From assembly GCF_009914755.1 (NCBI RefSeq), contig NC_060936.1: 64,000 nucleotides of DNA. One strand, 5' to 3'. The notes under the pieces are model-generated. The model did no database searches. It was not told the origin of the DNA and worked only from the letters and a program-made list of their open reading frames with translations. This DNA comes from the human T2T-CHM13v2.0 reference genome, Homo sapiens. Of the stretch, positions 52,915 through 64,000 are shown piece by piece; within the stretch, counting starts at the first letter, position 1, and every line of letters starts with the position of its first letter. A program made the position numbers and the translations under genes.

Positions 52915-55879
52915 ACAAACTTGGTTAAACTTATTCCCAGGTATTTTATTATTTGTAGCTATTGTAAATGGGACCCACTTTTTCCACTTCTATTCAACAT
53001 AATACCAGAAGTCCTAGCCAGAGTAATTAACCAAGATAAAGTTATAAAAGCTATCCAAATAGGAAAGAAGAAAGTTAAACTGTCCCATTTGCAGGTAACA
53101 TTATCTTATATCCATAGAAAACCCTAAAGTCGTCACTAAAAAAATGTTAGAACTAATATACAAATTCAGTAAAGTTGTAGGATACAAAATAAACATGCAA
53201 AAATCAATATTGTTTCTACACATGAATAGTAAACCATCTGAAAAAATTAGGAAAACAATTTCATTTCCAATAGCTACAAAGTAAATAAGATCCATTTTTA
53301 TCTCCTTACTGAGAATTGAGTGGATCTTATAGCCTACTCATTCACCTAGGGTAGAACACTGAATGAATTGACTTTACGCTAGCTTCCCAATTACAATTTG
53401 AAACTTTTCTTGGTTTTGAAGCCTTGTCCTCTGTTCACAAAGCAGCCTTTAAAAGTCAAGGCTGTTGGTTACAAAGATTGGTAAATGTCTAAAAAGCAGC
53501 TATAACATTACTTTTACATTTTGGTTTCTAGCTCCCTCTTTGTTATATATCTCATTTTGTCCAGATTTATGAAGTAGTTTAGATTACATATGCTAGAGCA
53601 ATATTTAAGATTTATTTATTTCTGTCCCCTTCTGTACCTTTATATACTTGCTTATTGCCAAATTCCAATTTCTCTTCTAAAGAACAGTATAATGTTTCTA
53701 TTATATAAGTAATTTGATGCTTTCCAAATATAAAATAATTTAAAATGCTGGTAAAAAAGCTATCAGTTTACCCAGTGTCTATTTCATTGAACATAACCTG
53801 ACTTATAAGTTCAAAAATAGTGAAGCTATATAATGCACATTTGAAAGTACAGTTTTCTTGTTTCCTTTTTTGCTAATAGCTTTTATTTGCAAACTACTTA
53901 TTTCATATTAAACCTACCTTTACTAATAGTTTATTTTATTAATCAATGTTTAAAGTTGTATTTATTTTGTTTTGAAGCTATTTTAACTTAGCTCTAAAAT
54001 GAAATACTAATATTCACATATACTGTACCTAGAAAAATAGTGTAATTTTTAGAAATTATAAATTCAATTAAGTGTTCTTCTAAAGCAATTGGAAAATAAT
54101 ATGTGCTTTTGCTTGCAAAGCAGAAATTAAATGAATATTGGTGGCCTAAAGAAAATTATAGTTTAAGTGATTTCTTATTTTATTTATGCTGAACAAGTAT
54201 AAATATTATATTTATTTGGTAATAATTATCTAATTTTTTGGTTATGTAAAGAATGCATCTATCTGTGCATTTTTAATATGGTCATTGCATTAAAACTTAA
54301 ACAGAGGCTATTTACTATTTGTATAAAGTTTATTTGCATCTTAATTAGAACTCTGAAAATCTGAAACAATATTGTAGTATATGAATAAATAGTTTCCATG
54401 TACACAACAGCTAAATGCACAAGCCAAAATCTCTCAGGCTATCCTAGGCAAACTTTTTCACTTTCCTATACAGACATACAAAATACATTTGAGTTCGAAA
54501 TGATAGGTCTGCTCACTAGAAGAGAGAATATAAGACTTTTTTTATATGTCAGTGCTTCAGCTTGAATAAACATCTTGTACCACTTTAAACTTGACTACAA
54601 AGTGTTTTATAAGCTTCTCTATAGCCTTTGCAAGTTATTGAGGTTAATGGTCAATGCAATTGCCATCTCTTATGCAATAAACTACTTTATTTTGTCGGAG
54701 CGTTCTCTAAGGAGTAACACAAGCATAAAGGGTATATTCAGCATACATGAAATATAACCCTATTCGAGTAGCCAACTAAATTACAGAATCTCTGAAGCAG
54801 AAAAGCTGCCAACTCTGTAAAATGATGGTCTTTCTATTCTTGAATGAAATGAAATGATAAGGCTGCTGATTTCAATAAAAGAATTTAAACCAAAAATCCA
54901 GAGTCATACAAAATGAACCTAATAAAATTGGAATGGCAGTACACATAATCTATTTGCTGATTGCATTGAAGGAAAAAAAAGAGGCTAATCAGAATGGCTA
55001 TGAATATGCTAGCTCATTTTGAAAAAGAACAAATGATAAGAAAAAGAGTAGTAAACTACTTCTTCAACCCAAGGATTACTATCCCAAAGCGCCTGTTCAA
55101 ATATGCTGTCATCACTGCATTTATCATAGTCAAAGACCTGGATATTAAAGTTGATAATATTTCTAGGCACCAGGAACTGGATTTTTAACTAGAGATCTAA
55201 AAACATGATCTTAGTTATAATATACTTACTAATAATATACTTAATAATGGTGATTTATATCACATTGAAATTTATTTGATGACTTGAAACTTGTAGTTGG
55301 AGCCTTTGCAACTTTTATATGTTTTATATGTTGCAATACTTGCTGTTTAATTATCATAAGACCCTACATTCTATACTAAAATTTTTTCTTGACTTTTCCC
55401 CCATGCCTACAAATCATCAATTCCCAATTAGCTGCCAATGAAAAACTAATATTTCTTCATAATCAGCTACTAAGAAATTTGATAGATGAAAAAAGTAAGT
55501 CAAGAAATAAAGAGTCTGGTAAGAAAGCTACTTTAAAACCACTTCATTTCTACTTTTGTATTTCGAGCTTTGTATTCAAGCTTGCAACTAAAATGATGTT
55601 CAGTGAAAAGTCAAAAGATGCTTATGTATTTTACTCTTTATATGAATCATAAGGAAAGTTTTCTTGGCATAATACATAAGGTCATACATAGTTTTGTGCT
55701 ATTTAATATAAACATTAGTTAACTATATTTATAGGATAGCTAAAGATCTGAAGTTTGCAATGTGTTCCACATCCTCCCTCCCCTGTAAAAATTCATATTT
55801 CTCACAGATACATGGTTAGGAGATTTTTGGCTAGGACAATTGTGAAAATCTTTGGGAAAAGATCTAAACACATTTTTAA

Positions 55880-56290
55880 AAACTTACTAAGTAGGTTATT
55901 AATGAGATCTAATTCTTATTAAGTACCTAATACATGCCATGAGCTGAGGCTATAAAGACAAATATATCAGAAATCTGTATTCTCAAGGAAACCAAACTCA
56001 GGGACAGAAAGACATCATTATTTATTGACTGCTAGGCAATGTCTCAAGTAGCCACATCTAACAACACTTAACAAAATAGCTGCTAGCATCCTAGTTTTAT
56101 AGATGAGATTAAAATGTGTGAAAATAAATGTAAATCAATTGAATAAATCCTAGAGAAATATATTCCAAATGTTATATGAGGCCAGAGCAAGAGTTAATTC
56201 ATTGTTTAGCACAAAGAATTACCAAGACTTTCAAGTGTGGAATTTAAGTCAGTCTTTCAGATGAGGCAAAGAGTAAGCTAAATGGAAGAT
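55880..56290 (-). mobile_element. L2/MIR fragments
   Basis: ttattaagtacctaatacatgccatg; catcctagttttatagatgag. Confidence 0.45.
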
Positions 56291-56292
56291 AT

Positions 56293-56887
56293 GATATTAT
56301 TTATCTATTGCTGCTGAGTAATAATTATCACAAATTTGGTGATTTAAAAATACATTTATTATCTCACAGTTTCTGTGCATCAGAAATTTGTCCATGGCTT
56401 AGCTGCATCTTCTACTTAGGATTTACAAAGCTGCATTCAATATGTTCACCAGGGCTGCAGCTCATCTGATACTCAAACGATGAAAAATCAGGGAACAATA
56501 CCTTTATGAATTCACCCAGGTTCATGATAGAATTCAGTTCCTTGTAGATTTAAGACTGAGGTCTCTAGTTTGTGACTCTCTGTTAATTAGAAACCACCCC
56601 AGCTCCCAGAAGCTACCCAGAGTCCCTTGCCATTTGGGTATCCTCAACTTGATCTTTTGCTTCCTCAAAGCTAGCTAGGGAGAGAGATTCCAGCAAGGTG
56701 GGCACTATAGTATTACGTAATGTAATCACCCAGTCACATACACAGGTGAACATTACCAACTGTCATCTTTGCCATATTCTATTTACTAGAAGTAATCCAT
56801 AGCTTCCAACACATTGTAGAGAACTATACAAGGTCATGAATACCAGGAAGCAGGGACATGGAGGAACTTAAAAGTCAGTCTGCCATA
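56293..56887 (-). mobile_element. MLT1E/F-type MaLR LTR
   Basis: catttattatctcacagtttctgtg...agaattcagttccttg...catgaataccaggaagcaggga. Confidence 0.82.
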
Positions 56888-57138
56888 GGTAGTATTAAAT
56901 GAAGAAGATAATGTCTAGGTGAAGTGCATGCAGCAAATAGGTAAGTAGAGAAAAAGGTGGGAAGAAATAATTTATACACATACCTTAGAAGAATATAGTG
57001 GCTTATGTTTCTAATAATGCTGAATCATACTTATGTCAAAAAATAAAATTATAGTAACATCTCAAGAAATGTTAATAATAATAATAGTGGCTATCACTTA
57101 GCTAAGACATCCTGTACTGTGTTGAGTGTTATGTATAT

Positions 57139-57344
57139 AGTTCTCATATTTAGCAAATAAAAATAGATGTTACCTCATTAAATTTGAATTTTATATAAAT
57201 AAAAATGATATTTTTGTATTTATAGGTTCCAATTTTTTTAGTATGGTTTATTCAAATACTTGGGATGTACCTGTACTAAAATGTTTTCTTATTTATTTGA
57301 AAATCAAATTAAATAGGAATTAACTGTATTTTATCTGGCAACTT
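57139..57344. mobile_element. MER53 palindromic hAT MITE (within a MIR-like fragment)
   Basis: atttagcaaataaaaata...ttaaatttgaattt...ttgggatgtacctgtactaaaa...ctgtattttatctggcaac. Confidence 0.8.
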
Positions 57345-58609
57345 AATTATGTATGTATTATCTTATTTGCTACTGACAAAAACAAGGAAAATACTATTAA
57401 TATCATCATTTTCATTGTCATCTTAAAGATTATTTAACTGTAACTTAAAAATTGTTTGCCATTGTTTGTAGTGTAGATTTTTTAAGTGAAGGAAAGTGTT
57501 CAAATACAATTTTAATGCAGTTAAAAGAGGCAGCTGTTTTGACAGTAAATTGTAAATTTATTGCCTTTCAGCATAAAAACAATTCTTTTATATTTACTCA
57601 ATGAATTAGAAAACTAAAAGAGTATATTAACGAAAATAATTTAAAACTAGATATACTTGCAAGACAAATGTGGACAATAGCAATAATTAAATTTAGGAGG
57701 TGGGAAGGCCTAGTAAGAACAGCATTGCTGTGGTATTCTAGCAGTGGCAGACCTCAGATACAGAAATCTAATGGAGTAGGAGATGAAGGATGTTGGTGGA
57801 GTCTCACCGTGGTAAAGTGTAACATACGCTATGAAGAGTACTCTGTAATCCTTGGGTTATTTTATTGCTAACTCTGTTTCTTAAGTCCATCAAATCTATG
57901 TTGAATTCAGCTTCAGCAAAGGTCTCTTTTAAACTTGACTTTTATTCTCCTATTGGGCATTGCTTTAATATGTGTTATAATCTAGCAAATTCTCTTTCTC
58001 TCTTCCTGCAGGATAATGAAAGCTGGTGTAAGCAATCAAAATAAACATGAGTTAACCAAAATAAACATGAGTCATTTCTCCTAAGAAGACATTGCATTCT
58101 CTATGTCTAGTAACCTTATAAATACTGTATTTAGTTTGGGGGCCTGAGATGTATATTACAAAATAAGGTGTTTCTGAATCTAATTTCTCACAGTGATTAA
58201 GATGGAAAGATTTACAAATATTCAAAAATCATCCACAGTGGCAATGTTGTGTAAGAATAAAGCATTGTTTGCTGAGGGGAGGCAAGATTTGCTGGTTGAA
58301 TATTACATTAGATTTTTTCACTTCTCAAAATTATTGTAGATCCAATAAGCTCTTACTAACCTTACTGTATATGTTAAACAATATATCATTTCTACATTGT
58401 CTCTACTATCTCTCTCTGCTCTCATTTCACTCTAATTTCTAATTTTATTTATTCACATATATATTTACTTAATTTGTCTATAACCAAATGTATTTATGGC
58501 AAAAAGTATGTAAACCTTCAACCAAGCCTAGAATATATAATACAGGAAAGGTAACTATATATTTTACATCAACATTTTGCAAATAAACAAGAAAAGTAGA
58601 TTTTTACAT

Positions 58610-58972
58610 GTGTCTGTTAGGATAGATTATATTATAGGTTATGCATTAAAAAAAATAGCATCCATGTTTCCATGGCTAAACACAATCAAAATTTGCTATC
58701 TGCTAATGTTATGTTCCCAAAACAGGTTGGCAGGAAGTTCTATTCTCTATACATACCAAAGGCCCTAAGTGAAAAGAGGCTGCATCTAGGAAATGAAAGT
58801 GCAGCATCATGTACTTATGCATTAGTTCTTAAAGCCCTTACCCAGGAGTGACACAAGTCATTTTGGCTTTACTATGTTTGCCCATAATTATATGGGGAGA
58901 GGAAAATACAATCCTACCATTGGCCTAGAAGGAGACTAGAAATGTTTGGTAAGAAGTATAAATAACTACTGC
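58610..58972 (-). mobile_element. Old MLT1 (K/L-like) LTR
   Basis: ggttatgc...atggctaaacacaatcaaaattt...cccaggagtgacacaagtcatttt...aatcctaccat. Confidence 0.65.
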
Positions 58973-59540
58973 TCAAAATTATGAACAAAATTGATTTTTT
59001 TTTAAATGTCACCTTATTGAATGTTTGTGGAGAATTCAACAAGCAGACAGATAAATATTTATACCTGGAGATTAAAGAAAACACCTAATTAAGCAGGCAT
59101 GGAATTGATTTTGCTATAGATACATTATGAGCACAAATTCACAATTTTATCTAATAAGTTCCCCAGAGAAAAACAAAAGAAGTGGCTCTCTAGATACATC
59201 AGTAATGTGTACTTTTTCTTCCACTAACTAGAGTAAATGTATTAAAGAGAGTCTTCAGTCAGGTTACTTAAGAAAGAATAAACAGCAAGTAAGTGATGTG
59301 CTTTCTAAGCTTCTTTATTCTTAAGACAATCAACCACAAATTTTCAATTTGAATACTTTATAAAGAATATGTGAATTCTCACTTTACATATGATTATTAA
59401 TTTCCATTTTAAAATATCAAAATATTTAGAGATACCTGAATGTTTTCTTCACTGCGAACCTAAGGAGATACCACTGGATATAATTTTTATGTAAAATAAT
59501 GGTGAAAACGCAAGCATAGTCAAAAAAGACACTTTTTTTT

Positions 59541-61812
59541 TGATATGGTTTGGCTCTGTGTTCCCACCCAAATCTTGCCTTGAATTGTAATAATATCCAC
59601 ATGTCAAGGGTGAGACCAGGTGGAGGTAATTGAATCAAGGGGGCAGTCTCCCCCATGCTGCTGTTCTCATGATAGTGAGTGAGTTCTCATAAGATCTGAT
59701 AGTTTTATAGTTTTATAAGGAGCATCCTCCTTCACTCAACACACATTCTCTCTCCCTCATTCATCTCCTTCTCTCTCCTGTCACCCTGTGAAGAGGTGCC
59801 TTCTACCAAAAGAGTATGTTTCCTGGGGCCTCCCCAGCTATGTGGCACTGAGTCAACTAAACCTCTTTTCTTTATAAATTACCCAGTCTCAGATATTTCT
59901 TCACAGCAGCATGAGAACAGACTAGTAAAATATACTGGTACTGCAGAGAGTAGGCGGCTGCTATAAAGATACCAAAAATGTGGAAGCAACTTTGGAAATG
60001 GGTAACAGGCAGAGGTTGGAACAGTTTCAAAGACTCAGAAGAAGACAGAAAGATGTGGGAAAGTTTGGACTTCCTAGAGACTTGTTGATTGGCTTTGACC
60101 AAAATGATGATAGTGATATAAACAATGAAGTCCAGGCTGGGATGGTCTCAGATGCAGATAGGTATTTGTTGGGAACTGGAGTGAAGGTCACTCTTGCTAT
60201 GCAAAGGGACTGACGGCATTTTTGCCTCTGCCTTAGAAGTCTGTGGAACTTTGAACTTGAGAGAGATGATTTAGAGTATCTGGCGGAAGAAATTCCTAAG
60301 CAGCAAAGGATTAAAGAGGAAGCAGAACATAAAAGTTTGGAAAATTTGCAGCCTAATGATGCAATAGAAGATAAAAGCCCATTTTCTGGGGAGAAATTCA
60401 AGCCTGCTGCAGAAATTTGCATAAGTAATGAGGAACTGGATGTTAATCACCAAGACAATGGAGAAAATGTCTCAAGTGCATGTCAGAGACCTTCATGTCA
60501 TCCCCTTCCATCACAGGCTCAGAGGCCTAGGAGGGAAAAAATAACATTGTGGACTAAGCCCATGTTCTGCCTGTTCTATGCAGCCTCAGGACCTGGTGCC
60601 CTGCATCCCAGCTGCTTCAGCTCTAGCTGTGGCTAAAAGGGGCCAAAGTACAGCTCTAGTCATTGCTTCAGAGAGTATAAGTCCTAAGCCTTTGTGGCTT
60701 CCACATGGTGTTTGGCCTTCAGGTGCACAGAAGTTAAGAACTGAGGTTTGGGAACCTCCACATAGATTTCAGAAGATGTATGGAAATGACGGATGTCCAG
60801 GCAGAAGTTTGCTGCAGGGGTGCAGCCCTCTTGGAGAACCTCTGCTAAGGCAGTGGAGAAGGGAAATATGGGGATGGAGCCCCCACACAGAGTCCCCAGT
60901 GGGACACTGCCTAGTAGAGCTGTGAGAAGAGGGCTGCCATCTTCCAGAGCACAGAATAGTATTCTACCAACAACTTGCATCATGAGACTGGAAAAGCCAC
61001 AGACACTGAAAACCAGCCCATGAAAGCAGCCAAGATGGGGGCTATATCCTGCAAAAACACAGCAGTGTAGCTGCCCAAGGCTGTGGGAGCCCACCTCTTG
61101 CATCAGCGTGACCTGGATGGGAGACATGGAATCAAAAGAGATTATTTTGGAACTTTAAGGTTTAATGACTACCTTGTTGGATTTCAGACTTGCATGGGGC
61201 CTGTAGCCCCTGTGTTTTGTCCAATCTCTCATTTGCAATGGGTGTACTTTTCCAATGCCTGTACCCCCATTGTATCTAGGAAGTAACTAACTTGCTTTTG
61301 ATTTTACAGGCTTATAGGTGGAAGGACTTGCCTTGTCTTAGATGAGACTTTGGATTTGGAATTTTGGGTTAATGCTGTAATGAGTTAAGAATTTGGAGGA
61401 CTGTTGGAAGGGCATGATTGTGTTTTGGAATTTGAGGACATGAGATTTGGAAGGGTCCAAGGATGGAATGATATGGTTTGGCTCTGTATCCTCACCCAAA
61501 TCTTGCCTTGAATTGTAATAATACCCAGTGTCAAAGGTGGGACCAGGTGGAGGTAATTTGGAGGCAGATTCTCCCATGCTGTTCTCTATGGTGAGTGAGT
61601 TCTCATGAGATCTGATGGTTTTATAAGGGAATTCCACCTTTGCTTGGCACTCATTATCTCCTGCCACCCTGTGAAGAGTTGCCTTCAACCAAAATTGTAA
61701 GTTTCCTGAGGCCTCCCCAGCTATGTGGAACTGAGTTAACTAAACCTCTTTTTTTAATAAATTACCCTGTCTAGGGTATTTCTTCATAGCAGCATGAGAA
61801 CAGACTAATACA
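59541..61812 (+). mobile_element. Full-length THE1D MaLR (LTR 59541-59929, internal 59930-61468, LTR 61469-61812)
   Basis: Two LTRs tgatatggtttggctctgt...; internal gaaagtttggacttcctagagacttg and MENLQPNDAIEDKSPFSGEKFKPAAEICISNEE remnant; LTRs share private variants. Confidence 0.95.
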
Positions 61813-61864
61813 TAAGCAGAGACAAAAAGGACACATTCTTTATAATTTTTTTTTAGTAAACGCT

Positions 61865-62384
61865 TTTTTTAACCTAAAGAGTTAAAAAAGACACATAATA
61901 ATTGTACAATTTATGGTGTACACAGTAATGATTCAATACATATACATAATGTATACTGATATATAATGCATATTGATCAGATCAGGGTAACTAAAATATC
62001 TGTTATCTTAAACATTTCATTTTTTTGTGTTAGACATATTCAATATTTTCTTTCTAGCTGTTTATGACCATAAAACTCATCCTACCATGTGATTAAACAC
62101 TATAACTTATTTCTCCTATCTAGCTGTAATTTTGTATCCTTTAACAAGTATCTCCCTATGCTGCCCTTCCCCTGACTCTTCTCAGCTTCTAGTAACCTCT
62201 GTCTACTTTCTACTTCTATGAGATTAATATTTTTTAGCTTTCACATATGCGTGAAAAGATAAGGTGATTAACTTTCTGTTCATGGCTTAGTTCACATAAC
62301 ATAACGTTCTCCAGTTCCAAGTTCCATCTGTGTTGTTACAAATGACAGGATTTTATTCTTCCTTTTGGTTGAATAGTATTACCT

Positions 62385-62421
<37 letters not shown>

Positions 62422-64000
62422 TATTACATGGTAATATATATATAGTATTACATGGTTATATATATATATAGTATTACATGGTTATATATATATAGTATTA
62501 CATGGTAATATATATATACTACCATGTATATATTACGAGATACATATATATGTGTGTGTGTGTGTGTGTGTGTATACATCATGTTTTCTTTATCCATTAA
62601 TCAGGTTGTTGCACACTTAGGTTGATTCCATATTATTGGCTATTGCAAATAGTGCTGCAATAAACATGCAGGTACAGATGTCGCATCAATATAATAATTT
62701 ATTTTCCTTAGGATATATACCCAGTAGTGGAATTGCTGAATCATATGGTAGCTTTATTTGTAGTTTTTGAGGAACCTCTATGCTAGTCACCATAGTGGCT
62801 ACCATAGTTAACATTACCTCCAACAATGTATAAGTGCTCCCTATTCCCTATTCTTACCAACATTTGTACTTTTTGTCTTTTTTATAGTAGCCATCCTAAC
62901 TTGAGAGAGATAATATTTGATTGCAGTTTTGATTTGCATTTCCCCAGTGATTAGTGACGTTGAGCATTTTTTATATAGTTGTTGGTCATTTGTATATCTT
63001 CTTTTGAGAAAGATCTGTTCAGATCATTTGCCTAATTTTTAATTGAGTTGATTGTTTTTTGTTGTTGTTGAGATGTTTGAGTTCCTTTTATATTCTGGAT
63101 ATTAATTCCCTCTCAGATGAATGTTTGAAAATATTTTTATCCCATTCTGTAGGTTGTCTCTGCCCTCTGTAGGTTGTCTCTGCACTCTGTTGACTGTTAT
63201 CTTTGCTGGGCAGAAGCTTTGGAGTTTGATACAATTATATTTGCCAATCTTTGCTTTTTTGCCTCTGCTTTTGAGGTCTTATTCATAAAATACTTTTTCA
63301 AACCAGTGTCCTAAGGATTTTCTCTGTTTGCATCTAGTTGTTTTATATTTGCATGTCTTACAGTTAGGTCTTTGATTCATTTTCAGTTGATTTTTGTATA
63401 GGGACAGAGATAGAGGTCTAGTTTTATTCTTCTGCATAAGTATATCCAGTTTTTTTATAGCACCATTTATTGAAGACACTGTCTTTTATCCAATGAGTGT
63501 TCTTGGTATCACTGTCAGAAATCAATTGGCTATAGATATTTGGATTAGTTTCTGGATATTTTATTCTGTTCCATTGGCCTATGTGTTTATTTTTATGCCA
63601 TTACCATACTGTTTTGATAATGGCATACAAATAAACTAAATAAATGCTTTTACAAAACGTTAGCCAAAACAATATGTAGTATACTTTGAAGTCTGGTAGT
63701 GTAATGCCTTCAGCTTGGTTCATTTTTCTCAGAATTGCTTTGGCTATTTGAGGACTTTTGTGGTTCCATATTGAGGAATGTCATTGCTATTTTTATAGAA
63801 ACTATTGAACCTACAGATTGCTTTGAATAGTAAGGTCATTTTAATAATATTAATTTCAACCCATGAACATGAAATAATATTCATCTGTTTGTATCCTTTT
63901 CAATTATTTCCATCAGTGTAATGTAGTTCGTCTGGTAGAGATCTTTCAATCCCTTTATTAAATTTATTACTAGGCATTTTTATCCTTGTACCAAGTGTAA
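61865..64000 (-). mobile_element. L1MA 3' UTR and ORF2, runs off the window
   Basis: cataataattgtacaatttatgg...gatcagatcagggtaact; antisense ORF2 to the end. Confidence 0.9.
62374..62574. repeat. Minisatellite (tagtattacatggt + (TA)n) x5 followed by (TG)n
   Basis: Directly visible inside the L1. Confidence 0.93.

Larger units (their letters stand above)
50350..53290 (-). mobile_element. L1MA with 5' inversion; contains Alu, THE1 and an internal inversion
   Basis: 3' UTR aatgatcaaatcagggtaattagc; sense-strand RT segment 52971-53290 ([13 protein letters not shown]). Confidence 0.9.

Noticed and set aside
54560-54900. Unique stretch with a few CpGs, possibly conserved
   Set aside because: No distinctive motif cluster; cannot be supported without alignments
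59872-61688. Cluster of 60-147 aa ORFs
   Set aside because: Frameshifted THE1-int and LTR remnants; no continuous reading frame
62374-62520. Repeat-spacer pattern superficially like CRISPR (also 2371-2433)
   Set aside because: Spacers are (TA)n or very short; eukaryotic context; no cas genes
63146-63185. 20 bp tandem duplication tctgtaggttgtctctgc.c
   Set aside because: Real but ordinary slippage inside L1

Overview
AT-rich, CpG-depleted primate (very likely human) non-coding DNA. I find no protein-coding gene, no CpG island and no prokaryotic-type system. The ORF track is explained by Alu, L1, THE1-int, Tigger1, LTR and microsatellite sequence or by chance. Roughly 60% of the window is recognisable interspersed repeat (estimated by eye), often nested: hAT>ERV1 LTR>THE1; MER119>L1MB>Alu; an old L1 carrying LTR10, a U8 copy and an Alu; and a ~9.2 kb MER57 provirus carrying MER51, LTR8>LTR22, LTR27-like and THE1B solo LTRs plus integrase and env remnants. 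Most notable observations: (1) a U8 (SNORD118) retrocopy that keeps the precursor-specific 3' extension complementary to its own 5' end; (2) a ~250 bp non-repeat segment present twice 14 kb apart, one copy filling a gap inside an L1; (3) two independent L1MA copies rearranged by apparent template switching at the same consensus position; (4) a full-length THE1D flanked by a ~27 bp duplication instead of a 5 bp TSD; (5) a motif-dense unique segment at ~39.1-39.6 kb resembling a developmental enhancer. Subfamily names come from recalled consensus sequences and need Dfam/RepeatMasker confirmation. I see no convincing wholly new biological system.
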